DNA of 64,000 nucleotides from Camelus ferus (taxonomy: Eukaryota). Position numbers and translations under genes: made by a program. The stretch spans positions 67,768,001 to 67,832,000 of the forward strand of contig NC_045697.1 in NCBI RefSeq assembly GCF_009834535.1, given 5' to 3'. Position 1 is the first letter of the stretch; each line of letters begins with the position of its first letter. This document shows positions 13,482 through 26,379 of the stretch, piece by piece. The notes beneath the pieces are model-generated. The model was not told where the DNA came from. It ran no database searches and worked only from the letters and a program-made list of their open reading frames with translations.

Positions 13482-13961
13482 TGTGAACGAAAAATACTGC
13501 AAACCAGTATCAGTAAACAAAGAATGCTGAAACCATCAAGTCATCAGCGGCTGCCGCCACCCCCCAGTGAAGCCAAGCCTGCAGCCCAGCGCCTGCAGCC
13601 ACTCACAATGGTGCACTCTGAGGGGACTCAGAATAAGAAAGGACAAGAATCTGGCCCTAGATAGCTAGGTGCTTGTCAAAGGAATGAATTCAATGGGCCC
13701 AAATGTTTGCTTCCTCCCATACATAGAAAAGCACTCAATTCTTTAACTTGAGATGCCTGGTTTTCTTTAGTTAACAAATAATCTTTTAATGTTCCGACTA
13801 CCTGGTCTTTGTTGTAAAGCTCCTTTGTATCCTAGCTCCTCCCCTACCTCTTTGGAGCAGTCCCTCAGAGCCATCTGAGAGGCTGTCATCCTGGCTCAAG
13901 TCCTAATGCCAAATAAAACGTAACTCTCAACTTTTAGGCTGCTCATTTATTTCAGTCGACA
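13482..13961 (+). mobile_element. Solo ERV1 LTR (MER41-like, cetartiodactyl type)
   Basis: TG...CA termini, perfect 4-bp TSD cttg (13478-13481 / 13962-13965), AATAAA at 13912-13917, length 480 bp. Confidence 0.9.
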
Positions 13962-14119
13962 CTTGGAATTATTCAACTTTGTTCATTATAATTAACAAGA
14001 AGAGGTTAAATTTTAAAATGGTCTATGGAATAGAACCAATGGAGAAATTGCAGTGCAATATTGTTTTGTTTTATATTTTAATGGCATAATGACCATAAAC
14101 GTATAAAACATCAGTAGAG

Positions 14120-14290
14120 GGCTATATAAACATTATTTTATTTAATCCTAACAATCATACTGAGACTTAAGTATTATGCTATTTTATAAGTGAAATCACT
14201 GTGGTGCTGATAATTTAGTCAGGTTTTTTCCAAGCCAAGGCTTAAAACTTAGGTTTTTACCTTCCTAGGCCATTACTCACTTCATCCTGC
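14120..14290 (-). mobile_element. MIR SINE fragment
   Basis: cattattttatttaatcctaacaatcatactgag...attttataagtgaaatcactg, the antisense MIR core. Confidence 0.6.
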
Positions 14291-14879
14291 CACGACTGGG
14301 AATAATATAGTTCAAATGTTGTGCTAGCTTTCTACCACAGAGTTAAATTTAACAAAACTTTCAACCAGATGTTTGCAACATATCAGCAGCATGATGGTAA
14401 GGTTTTTCCACAGAGATGCCAGCACTGTATTGAGGTGATCGAATGCCATGTATTAGAGGGCTCTGCATTTATAACAGCAATTCTAGACATGGAAGTTATT
14501 ATTTGGAGAGCCTTCTGGCCCTACCCTTGCATCTAATATAGTTGCTGAGACATGGAAATACATTGTGAGGACATACTCCTTAATTCTCAGGATTTATTAA
14601 CTCCTGCATCTGGGTTTAATACAATATGTATGGCAGTCAACATATATATAAAAGAGGTAATCTATAATCTTTCATTCCATCTATATTACACTGTCCCTCC
14701 TAATCAATATCACAAGCTCATCTCCAAGTTATGACAAGTTACACACACACATACACACTCTCTATTTCTCTTACTCTCTCCCAGTATATATGAATATACA
14801 TATATGCATACATACATATATCATTTATTTACTTAGTCCTAGAGCATATTTGTTTATTTCGGCTTAAAAAAAAGAACAG

Positions 14880-15117
14880 CAAAAGTTTTGGAGTCAGAGA
14901 ACTCTGGGATACATCCCAGACCCTGCCTCGCATACTGGGCGTGTACTTTTTGGTGAGTTAACAGGACTGAGTCTCAGTTTACTCATTTATAAAGTTAAAG
15001 CAATGATGTCTACCTACAGTGTTGTGAACATTGAAAAATAAGTAAGAAACTAATACAGTGCCTGTTGATGACATGTAAACAATATATGGTCGTCATAATA
15101 AAGCAGCTATTGTTATT
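14880..15117 (+). mobile_element. MIR SINE
   Basis: ttggagtcagagaactctggg...ctgagtctcagtttactcatttataaagt...tacctacagtgttgtgaacattgaa. Confidence 0.8.
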
Positions 15118-15706
15118 CTATCAAGAGTATTTTAAGCAGATCATATCTTGACATCACTTTCTAGGTTTAATTCCTTTTACCTATGGAGCAGTCTAAAGTG
15201 ACTTTGAATTCCCTTTGCCACATTCCTTGCATATCACCTGCTCGTCCTCCAGTCATGCCCAGTGAAAAGCTATGCAAATGTTCCAGTTCTCTAAACAAGC
15301 TCATTTACAAAGTGGGTTGCAGCAGGAGGAACAGAGTGATGGGGAGGAGACAGAGCACAGATTTATACTTGTAGTGCCAACACCTTAGGGGCATCCTAAG
15401 GAATATTTCTACTGATTTGAGAATGTGCAGTTGGCATAGTCATATGAAAAGGCAGTGAGGGAGATTTGTCAGAGAGTAAAAGGCTCAAAATTAGCAGGTC
15501 AAGGGTTCCCAGTATGATTTTTAAAAAAGGTCGAGAAATAATGAGATGCCCATGCTTACTTGCCATGTGTAGACAGGGCCTGAATTCTTACGTGGTGGAG
15601 CTGCTATAGCATAACAGAAGACAAAAAATAGTGTCAGTTAACAGAGGGTGTATAAGGGATATGTGCATTGCAGTAGTTAAAGTTGAAGCAGAGTTCCAAA
15701 AGCAGA

Positions 15707-15795
15707 GGGGGTGGGTCAAGCTCAGTGGCAGAGCGCATGCTTAGCATGCATGAGGTCCTGGGTTCAATCCCTGGTATCTCAATTTAAAAAAAAAA
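15707..15795 (+). mobile_element. tRNA-Ala(AGC)-derived SINE (Vic-1-like, camelid) or processed tRNA-Ala pseudogene
   Basis: A box agctcagtgg, anticodon arm catgc-ttAGCat-gcatg, B box ggttcaatcc, A-tail, and a perfect 15-bp TSD agttccaaaagcaga (15692-15706 / 15796-15810). Confidence 0.9.
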
Positions 15796-16769
15796 AGTTC
15801 CAAAAGCAGAAGAATCCTTGCCAATCACCTACTCATAAATCAGGAACAGGGTCAGTTCCTGCCTAGAACACGAGCAGGGGGGACATAGAAATAGTAGTTG
15901 GCAACATGTTGGCAGTAGTAAATTTAAAGAGTAACCCTACAAGTGATGGAGCTATGAAGAGTTTTTTCTTTGGGAAAGGCTCCGATGCTACAATAATGGG
16001 TCTGCAAGAAGCATCCACCACATTCTCTGGACCATAGTCCTGTTTTATCTCAGGGCAGAGCACTAATGTAAAATGGGTGACTCTTGCTCAGGAGTTTTAT
16101 GACTAGTCACTTCAGCTTCACAGGAAGGGACATGAGCAAATCACAGAGGACTCTGTTTTGTGTCCCAAAGGATTCTCCTTCTTGGTACCATGGGTATGCA
16201 AGGGATCACTCAGAACAGACACACCTTATTTTCCTTGGTGTTAAGGAAAAATAGGAGCTGTATAATTTTCACAGAACATAAAGAAAATAGAAATTATCCT
16301 TAGAATATAAAGTTTTGTAGTAAGCCTTTCATATATTTCTGTTATACATTTTGAACATTCCTTCTAATATCTCATTCTGTTTTCCTTCAGTAACAAGTAA
16401 TCATATCCGCTGGCTAACACGGCACATGCTATAAAATTATCAAGATGGCATTTTCCACTAGGGCTGCATCTCCATCCACTCTTCTATACTGTGAGTGAAA
16501 CTGGCACCTGGACAATTTCTTACGGTCTCAGGATTATAAGCAAACTTATTTACTCATATGCCTTCTATACCTGAGGGAACAAACAAAACACTGTTTTTCT
16601 CTGCCCTCCAACCTGCCAGTGTCCTTCAGCACATTTGCTGTAATTGTGATTCCTTTTTGTGGGCTGTCGTGATGATGTGACATTCTCTGCACAGTTATGC
16701 CCTGTTTCTGTCCTGCTCCAGTCCATTCTGCAAACAGCTATCATAACAATCGGTCAATAAGTCTTCACT

Positions 16770-16980
16770 ATTAATAACACTTCCTCATGCATCATCTCAT
16801 TTGATTTATAAAGTAAATATGTGGTGTAGGTGGGGAGGGGCTCTATATTCCCATTTGGGGGATAAAGCAAATACAGTTTTATAGAGCATAATTAATTTGC
16901 TCAAGATTATACAGCTTGTAAGTGATGGAATGAAAACTAGAGCCTAGGTTTTCTGTTTTCATTCCAGCATCTTCTTTTAT
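16770..16980 (-). mobile_element. MIR SINE
   Basis: catcatctcatttgattt...attcccattt...aatttgctcaagattatacagcttgtaagtgatgga...agagcctagg. Confidence 0.75.
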
Positions 16981-17619
16981 AGTTAATTACCATCCACAAC
17001 TGCACTAATTTTCACACAATACACAAAATAAAAGGAAAATATTTTACTTAAATTTAAGGTCCTAGCTAGTTTGGAAGTTACACTAAGTAAGCCATGGAAA
17101 TTAGATTTGTAAAAATGCAGTATTAATTGTTTTTTTCAGTTAACACATGCAGAACAAGTTGGAGAAAAAATAAATTGTAAAATGTTCATTTGTTCAATAA
17201 CTCTATGTTGTTTAGTAACTGTGGAGTCACTAAAATGAGGTTATACTTCATAAAGTTTCATGAAATAATAAAGAAAATGGACATGAAACAAAAGGAAAGA
17301 AGGAAGGAAAGAAAACTAATATTGATTGAGTATTTTCTATGACATGTACTTTGACTTAAAGTATCACATTTAATAGGTAGAGTTACATTAAGAAAGGGCT
17401 AGTTTGGGGAGAGTGTTAAGGGGGCACCTCAGGCAGATTAAGTTACACTTGGCCTTGCGTGGGTGGCTATGAACGTGGTCCGAGTGGTGTTCATTAAAGA
17501 GATTGCTTCATTAAGGTTGGGGGATTCCTGATAATAATTATTAGCAAACAAGACTGATTAATTAGTGCGGGTTGCACTTACTCATAACTTTCTCAAAATT
17601 TAGAAAAAAAAGTTCTCCA

Positions 17620-18190
17620 CCAGATAGGTATCTGTTCTTTATGACTGCTCAGTGTCCATTCCTCCCTTCTTCCACTATGAGCATCTTAATTTCGGAGCAG
17701 AAGAAAGCCCCTTTCTCACTCTTAATCCATGTAACCATATTCCCCATTTTGCTCCACGGATGGGGCATATTGCCTGGACCTGGCCAGTGAGAACATTGTA
17801 TGGCCCAGAATTTCTTGAAGGATTTCATGTTCCATGAGACTCAGTTCTGAGACTTTTCCTTAAACTGATAAAAGCAGCGAGTTCCCCTCACGAAGGTTGC
17901 TAAATGCATAAAATGTTAGACAGGGATTAATTTCTGAATATATTTGTCATCTTATGGTGAAATCACTGCTTAAAAAAATCCAAAACAGAAGAAAGCTGAA
18001 GCTAGAGGTAAAAGGACATAGTTTTCTGACGACATGATTCGAGTATGTGGATCAAACTGTACCCAAAGTCAGAAGCTCCAGACTCTTCAGTTATGTGAGC
18101 TAATGAATCTTCAGCCCTCAAGTTAAAGAAAACAAACAAACAAAAAACCTCTTAAGTTTCAATGTGAAACTAAAAGATTTAGACTAATCT
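17620..18190 (+). mobile_element. Old MaLR LTR (MLT1J/K-like), fragmented
   Basis: cctggacctggccagtgagaacat and ggatcaaactgtacccaaagtcaga...gactcttcagttatgtgagctaatgaatc. Confidence 0.55.
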
Positions 18191-18454
18191 AAGTTCAGAC
18201 TGTGTATTCTAAGCATTAAATAAAAAGTTTATGCTGGTTTTTATGGGTTGAAGGAATTGATGAAAATGTTGTGGTGTTTCTTTTCTTGGTAGTTTGCAAA
18301 ACTTATCAGAAGTAGATAACACATTTAATAGCATTGAAATGATTGAAATGCTTTATACTCGACATGGTGATGACTGGATATCAGGAATAAAATTGAACAA
18401 AATCCTAGGACCAATAAACATTTATCTGTAGTAAATATATATTTGTACATATAT

Positions 18455-18659
18455 ATTTATAGCTAAATAATGTTTTAATAAATATAATTATCAGTACTAC
18501 AAATATTTATTTGTATATATTTGTATATATACAATATTCATTTATATATTTGTATATATATTTGTTATATATTGTATATATGCAATGTTTATTTACATAT
18601 ATACAATATTTATTTATAGTACTAACAAGTATTTATCAAAACATTATTTAACTATAAAT
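18455..18659. repeat. AT-rich imperfect inverted repeat (foldback)
   Basis: Arms 18455-18520 and 18597-18659; the outer 30 bp are 28/30 complementary. Confidence 0.85.
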
Positions 18660-20259
18660 TAACATTCAATTAATAGTAAAATATATACTTAATTATAATC
18701 TCAAAGTTTCTGTTGTTTGCATTATTAGTTCTAAAGGTTCTGCTGTTCAATAATAAAACATTAAAAAATAACTTGAGGTGGGAAAGACCAAATTTAACTC
18801 ACAGACAAGACAATAGTACTCTTTAAATATGTATGTTATATACCTATTTTTAAAATAGATACCTCTTTTAAAATGCCCTTCTTGGTGACTTTTGAACTTT
18901 TTCTTGTACACCCACCCAGGAGTTCTTCTTGCCTTTTCCCACACTGGCAGGTGTTTCTCAACCTTGACTTAAAAGTTAGTCTTTTATAACTAACTGATTT
19001 TTGTTGAAATGACTTATTTTTTAAAAAAGCCCTGTACAAAATTGAAATTAGCCTTTCAGTTACTTTGTAGCCTCCTGAAAAGAAAATCAGCCTAAAGAGT
19101 CAGAAGCAGGGGGAGCCAGCTCAGTCACAGCGTGGGGACGGGCACCGGCACCTTGGGCTCTTGCTCTCAGGCAGGGGCCTGTTCTCTCCTTATCAGCTTC
19201 TGCACGGATTACCTCAGGGGCTTTTCGCATTCAGTCTCTCTTTTTCCATTTCCCTCGTGTTCCCAATAATTTTCTGTGGGTATTTTCAGCACGGCATACA
19301 ACTGCTGCCGATAATGAGAACCATTCACCTACTTTCTCGCTGCTACATGCTGAGAATGAACTGTCCAGAGTCAGGGTGCGCAGTGGAAAACCTTCCTGGG
19401 AGGCTGTAGCTGGAATAATGATGACACAGGAAAAAGCTGGGGAAGCTGGGCACCAGCAAAACGTGATTAGCACGGCGTGTGTCGGTCAGACCTCAGGAAA
19501 GAAAATGTTTCTTCACTCTCCGCTAGCTCTGCTGCCTCGGCCAGGTGGCAGTTGGTTACACGGCACACCCAGCATAGGGCCAGGCCTCCTGAAAGCACCT
19601 TCTTAATTAGTTATAGGTGACTGACTCGAATGAGCTGGAAGGTTTGATCAGACCTCCTGCTTCATATTGTTTGTTTTATATTGGCGACAGAACAGATTAT
19701 AATTTTTAAGTGAACTTTCTCAGGGCCTCTGTGAATACCACGAGTCTCTTCAATTTGCTCTTGTCAACCGAATTGGACATTAATTAACTTAATTAGCAAC
19801 AAGAGTTTAAGGGATGTCTGCATTTAACGATTATGGGATGATTTTGTTTCATAATATGTGTCAAATACCGTGACCAGAGCAACAAAGCACTGAGGGGGAT
19901 TTCAAAAAAAATAGAAGACAAATTCCCTCTCCAAGGTATGCTGGTCCGTGTAGACTGTCTCCAAGGAGCATCTTCAACAGAAGTAGAAAACACAGACCTG
20001 AGATTAAGAAGCAAGGCTTTTACAACTGCAAAAATAGTGAGGTGAAAATGCAACAAAATGTCACAACTTCATATACGTACACACTTGTATGTCTTTGGGT
20101 TATGTTATGTTTTATGAATAAGGCACTTTCTAGTTCACTAGTTGAACAGTTTCGATTTATTTAAAAAAAAGGGAACATAACATTTGTGAAGATATTAACT
20201 CTAGAAAAAGTAATTTCTTTCACAAATGTATTCTAACAAGTATTTAAAAACTTAACTCA

Positions 20260-21230
20260 AATATTTCCCTATTGATCTGCTTGCTTCTCCTCATCCTGTC
20301 TATTCTCTTTAATAGTACCATTGATAACAAGTTGTCTAAACCAGAAACTTATGGTTATATTTGATTCCTCCTTCACCCTTACATTCCGTAACAACCGGAA
20401 ACCATGGTATCAGTCTAGCCAGCTCTGTACCCTCAAACTCCTCTGGCAACCACCTCCTCCTCTCCAACTCCATTGTTTTATTTTCAGCCCCTTCGTGTGT
20501 TACATAGACAACCGCTGTGGCCTTTCTGCATTGGATCTCTCACTGTTGTGGCCATATTCTACTCTACTACGACCGCGGTCTTTTTAAAAAATCTGATGAA
20601 TCTCCATTGCTTATAGAAAAATGTCTACACTTTAGTCATGGTATATGAAGAACAGTGGAAACTTAACATTTACACTGGCTCAGCACTATGAGAAGACTCT
20701 GAGGGAGATATTTTTGCTCAGGATTAGAGAAACTACTTTGCCAAGGGCACACAGTAAATAAGAGAAGAGTTGATCCGTGTTTAGCTCTGTCCGCCTGATT
20801 GCAAAGCAAGGCTCTGGGCCACCTTTCCTGCCCAACCGCAATCACCACCCCGCCAGGCCCTTCGCTCCGGTCACGTGGGAATCTCTCCTCCTCTCTTCCC
20901 AGATGGCCTACGCTTCCTGTTACTCTGTCTCATCTCCGTCCATCTTTCAAAAGTGAAATCAAGTAGATCTTCATTTCCCCAGTTTCCCCAGAAACTCTCC
21001 GCCAAGAAAAGGTATCTAATTATGCATCTGCATTCCCGTAACATTTCATATACCCCTACAATGAGCAATTTTCAGATTATATCAGAGTTATTTGGTTATA
21101 TATTCATCTCAACCATTGGACTGCATGTCCTTTGAGAGCTGGGACTATAGGTAATTCTTTTCTAATATCCATGGTACCTAATATAATTCGTATCTTATGG
21201 TAGGACTTCAAGAAATATAAGTTGAATTAA
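20260..21230 (+). mobile_element. L2 fragments with an antisense MIR at ~20690-20830
   Basis: L2: aaaccagaaacttatggttatatttgattcctccttcacc and the terminus gtcctttgagagctgggactat...aaatataagttgaatt. MIR: ctttgccaagggcacacagtaaata. Confidence 0.6.
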
Positions 21231-21997
21231 AGTGACATTTCAAAGAATTACAGAGTGACCACATTAAAAATGCCCTATGTAAGAAAATTGAGAAAGGCAT
21301 TCCCTGAGAATTACATGAAGTCATTTTGTTTCTTTTTAATTTGCAGAGTCCTTAGTACTTAACAAATATAGATCTAAATATATTTATTGTCTATGTACAG
21401 ATACACAAATATCCCTACAGTATGTATATACATGTATATGTTAAAATACATTATGAACATACATAATGTAATTGTACATATAATATGTATCTATTTTCAT
21501 TCAGTTAATTTATCAAGTAGACCATAGTTAATATAAATAATTTCTTTCCTGTCTTACATCTTACCTTTAACCTGAGATATTAATTTTTAGAGCCACTCCA
21601 AAGAAACTAGCAATACTCCATTGATGTTATTCACTTTGTTAAGGGAAAAAATTCCAAAGCTTGGAAATAACTTTAAAACAATTCTATATGCATGGTAAAG
21701 TTTGCCTCTAAGAAATATAGCTTTGACTTATTTATCATTGATTTGGGCTTACATTCTATAAAGATATATTAATTTATAAATAATCAATATGAAGTAAATC
21801 ATTTCCATTTATTGAGGATTCAAATAAATTTTATCCACCAGAAAAGATCAATCCAAATCTTAGTTTTATTACCCTGGAAGACACTGACTTGTTTTGTATT
21901 TGTTCTGTGCAAATTAGTTCCAACATTCTTTTCTCCCACAGATCTTATGCCTTCCATATCCCCTTCTGAATTGGGCTCTTTAGCTTATTAATGAGTG

Positions 21998-22577
21998 AAA
22001 AGATGCTCAATAGCAGGGAAATGTAAATTATAACCACAATGAGGTATCATCTTAAACCTGTCAGAATAGCTAGTAACAGAAAGACAAGAAATAAGTGCTG
22101 GTGAGGATGTGGAGAGAACGTAAACTTTGCGCACTCTATAAATTGGTACAGCCACTGTGGAAAACAGTATGGAGGTTCCTCAAAAATTAAAAGTAGGGAA
22201 CTGTGATATGATATATTAATTCCACTTCTGTGTGTTTATGCAAAGAAAAGAAAACCACTAATTCAAAAAGATATATGTATTCCATGTTCATTGCAGCATT
22301 ATTTATAATAGCCAATATATGGAAACAACCTAAGTGTCTATCTATAGATAAATGGACAAAGAAAATGTGGTACATACACACACACACACACACACGCTCA
22401 CGCACAATGGAATATTATTCGGCCATAAAAAATAATCTTGCCATTTGTGACAAATACTGTAGGATTTAATTTAATCTATACGTGGATTCTAAAAAAGCCT
22501 CATAAACACAGAGAACAGATTGGTGGTTACCAGAAGCAGGGGTGAAATGTGTGAAAGGTTAAAATGTACAAAAAAAG
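21998..22577 (+). mobile_element. L1 (L1MA9-like) ORF2 end and partial 3' UTR
   Basis: accacaatgaggtatcatctt, gctggtgaggatgtggagag and ggtacagccactgtggaaaacagtatggaggttcctcaaaaattaaaa. ORF 22230-22469 (MFIAALFIIANIWKQPKC) is the L1 ORF2 C-terminus. Confidence 0.9.
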
Positions 22578-22579
22578 AG

Positions 22580-23181
22580 TGTGGTAAGCAGAATAATGAT
22601 TCCCTCAAAATATTTACACCATAATCCCTGTAACTTCTGAAAGTTAACTTATGTGGCAAAAGGAGCATTGCCAATGCTTTTAAAGCTATGAAATTTAAGA
22701 TGGAGAGATTAACCTGGATTATCCAGGTGGGCCCAAACATACGAGTCCTTAAAAGCAGAGAACTATTCCTGGCTATGGTGAGAAAGAGAGATTCAACAAC
22801 AGAATGTGGCAGAAAAATATTTCAGGAGGAATGACTCAATGCTCTATTGATGGTTCTGAGATGAAGGGGTCTATGAGCAAATAGAAAAGAGAGGCCTCTT
22901 GTTGCTAAGGGTAGCCCTACCTTACAGCCAACACAACAAACAAAGTAGTAACCTTAGTCCTGCAACCACAGAAACTTAATTCTGCTAAATATCCAAATGA
23001 TCAAGAAACAGTCTCCGCTAGAGCCTCCAGAATGGAGCACAGCTGTGCTGGCTTCATGGTTTTACCCAGTGAGACTCATGCTGAACTTCTGTCCTATAGA
23101 ACTACATGATAATTAATTTGCATTGCTTTAAGCCACTAAATTCATGGTAATCTGTTAAAGCAGCAGGAGGAAACTAATACA
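22580..23181 (+). mobile_element. MaLR solo LTR (MLT1E-like)
   Basis: Starts tgtggtaagcagaataatg, contains ggagagattaacctggattatccaggtgggccc, and ends ttaagccactaaatt...gaaactaataca. Confidence 0.9.
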
Positions 23182-26100
23182 ATTAGTTTCGAAGTCTTTG
23201 CTGTTCAATCTATATTTGTGCAAAAGTCACATTTTTAACTTTTTAAAAATTATACTTTGACAATTAACATGTCTCCTTGAGTGTCCATGCCTATTCTGAA
23301 ACTGGCTTAAGAGAGGCTCTGAATTATGGACTGAGAAATACAATTTGTCTCCTCCTTTTACCTGTCTTAGAAGTGAATGATCTTCTCCAAAAAGATCCTT
23401 CTGTTTAAGATAGAGATCCTCTGTTTTGAAGGTCTTCCAAAGGGATATTTATTCCTAAGAAATGACTGGTCAGTGAGTGTGGAGCGTCCCTTAGAACTTG
23501 TAAAATATTCCTTGTTAAGCATCACCATTTTATATGCACTAAGAAAAAGAAAGAAAATCCCTTTGTTAGAGCCACTAGTCTGATAAAACTATATGTCCAT
23601 TAAAATTAAAACAACAGCAACAACAACAATAAAAAACAGTTTCTAAGCTGAGAGAAATTTGAGAAATTGCCAAAGATCCATTTACAAAATAAATCAAGGA
23701 ATGCCATTTCTGAGACAGAAGGATAGCGTCAACTTTGGGAGATGCTAGAAGTGCTGATAAGATTCTAAAAGGCAGTCAGTGGAATGATCTTATCTGACTT
23801 CCTCCTCCACTCTCTGGGGAAGCATTTTACTGTCTTATATTATAAGTAACAGGATACAAGTCATGGAGGATAAGAATTCTGTGTGTCTTATTTGAACTGG
23901 CCAAAAAAAAGTCATGCATATTAGTCAATGTTTATCAAAACTGTTAACTGATTAAAAGCATGTAATTTCAACCAGCTTTTAACCCTTAAGATGGAAAAAT
24001 TCCCTTAGAATGATTAGAAAATTCATGAAAAGTAGGCAGCTATTTACACGGCACGGTTCACTCTCCTTAGAATATATGAACTAAATCTTAAATGAGGAAT
24101 TCATTTCTAGAAAAATTATAAATGTCACTCTTTTTTCTTGTATATCCTTGGGGAAAATGCCTTTTATCCAAAATGCCATTTTCCAAAAATTCCTTTTGTC
24201 AAGTGTTTCCATTTCCTATGGACAGAATGCAAACACACACACAAACACACACGTTAATCTATACTGCCTTGTGCCAGAAAACAATGCAGTCTATAGTAGT
24301 AAAGAAAACAGATCACTCACACAACTGAACATATATAACTGAACAACTATATAAGATGGTTCTCAATGAAGAAATGTATAAAAGTATGATTATACTAATG
24401 TAGTCTATTCTATCTAATGTCATATCATAGTTTGGCAATTAATGAAATTTATGATTTGAGCATTACTTCATATGCTGCCTAAAAAAGTTCCTTTAATCTA
24501 AGCCATTTGGAAAAAGGAATTCATCGTTGCTGAAAAGAAAAAAGGAAAAGAGAAAGGGAAAAATAATTTTATTTTAACTAACACAGTATGAAAATTTTTA
24601 TAAAGATACCTTAACTATAAGATTTGCACTTAAAAAAAAAAAATGCCATGATTTATTCCAGTGAGTTTGGAATTAAAGTGTAAGTTATTGTTCTTGAGCA
24701 AATACTGACAATGAGGCAGATTTGAGTTCCATTTTCCATCACTCTGACAATATTCACATGGAATACTGATCTTTGCATTTATTTTGTCAAAGTAAAATAT
24801 GATTATATTCTAAAGGGAACAATTATATAGTATCAATTTTCTGAGATTTATACATTACAAACAATTGAAGTTTCCCTTTAGACAATACTTTAATTTAAAA
24901 AAAGACATCAAAACTTTGGCTCTGATTAATGGTAGTTTCTTTAAAACACTGTCTTATCTGTGACGTGGTTTCATTTCTGTAACTTGGATATAATAAAGTT
25001 TCTTAGATTAGTCAATAAGGGGGAAATGCCAATTTAATCTGATTATAAATTCAGACAGTTATAGCCTCTCTTCTTCATATTCCTGCCAATCTTTTTATCC
25101 TTAACATAGAATAGAATCCCTCTTTTCTTTGTCTCAGAGTATATTGATGTTTTAGAGGCATTAATAAGAGATAGAGGGAATACGAACTGGAGTGAGAACC
25201 AAAGAGTAAGAAAGAGAGTGTGTACATGCCTGAGACAGCAGGAGTAGCTTTGACCTTCAGAATTTCCTTTCTGGGTTCAAAGGCAACAGAAATAACTTTT
25301 ACTGACTAGCTCTAAAGTAACAATTGAGGATCTAAAAATCACAAATGTGATAGAAAAATTAGCACTAGAAGAAAATTGATATACTCTGTAAGGACATGAG
25401 ACAAAAGAATGACATTTTTAAAATTAGTAAGAAAACTTAAATAATAAAATACTTCTGGAAAACATTTTTTTTTCTGTATAGAAAAGCCTTTAAATTATAT
25501 ACCCAGGGCAGAAAGACAACGTTATACGAAATTCAATTGATGCTAGCAAATGATTAAATATCTAATTTTTTATATCACAGTCTTAAGAAGGGACAGAGTC
25601 ATGTTTTCTTCCGTTTAATAACTGCTTTGGTCTGAGTTCATTTACAGCACCATTTACATATACTAATTAGAAAATAATTATTAGTTCTCAAGAAAAACTT
25701 CAATAGATTGTGTATTGTGCCATTAACTGAAGGTATATTTCTCAAGACATATGAAGATACCTCCATGCAATTCAGTCAAGCACAAATCTATCTAGCAAAA
25801 TGTATGAGGTACCAGAATTGGTATGTCAGCATTTTGGATATAATTGAAAAGCTTCAGATTGTGGTTACCTCTATGCTAAATAACATACTTACATTATTCC
25901 TTAGATTACAAAAAAGCATACGTCTAATTATTTTATTTCTGGGCATGCATTGTAGAAGAACTCTTACTCGAATAGTAGAATTAGAGAAGATATTTCTCTG
26001 TGTTTTATCACCCTTTCCTGACCTTTTGAAAATCACTGACTTCCTAGAAAGTGAAACAAAGAATCAATGGATGTGGTCATAAGATATACCTTAAGCACTG

Positions 26101-26379
26101 TTACTGAAGTGTTTCATTCTGTTTCCCAAAAGAAAACTTTCTGATTAAATAAATGCATTTTTCCACTGAAGAAAATGTTGTAAGCTAAAAAGATGCTCAT
26201 CTGCCTGAAACATGACCAGGCCAAAAGATTTCCAGTAGGTAAAGAAAGTCAGAATTTAATTCTGCCAACGTCTGTCTCTTAGGAGAGAGATCAAAGCCTA
26301 AGAGCCAAGAATTAGTAATATAAATAGATCACATCCACTGAACACTAACATTAGCTTTTCATTCCCATCAAACGTCAAT

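Noticed and set aside
15707..15795. Functional tRNA-Ala gene
   Set aside because: The acceptor stem and 5' end are altered, and the A-tail and TSD with no oligo-T terminator indicate a retroposed copy.
17380..17600. Possible NUMT (C-rich minus strand)
   Set aside because: I could not match it to any mitochondrial gene by translation or RNA motif.
23345..23478. Plus-strand exon-like segment (cttag|AAG...TCA|gtgagt)
   Set aside because: Stops occur in all three phases right after the acceptor; at most a non-coding or cryptic exon, with no further support.
25708..26082. 124-aa plus-strand ORF
   Set aside because: Non-ATG start, no recognisable homology and no convincing splice boundaries.
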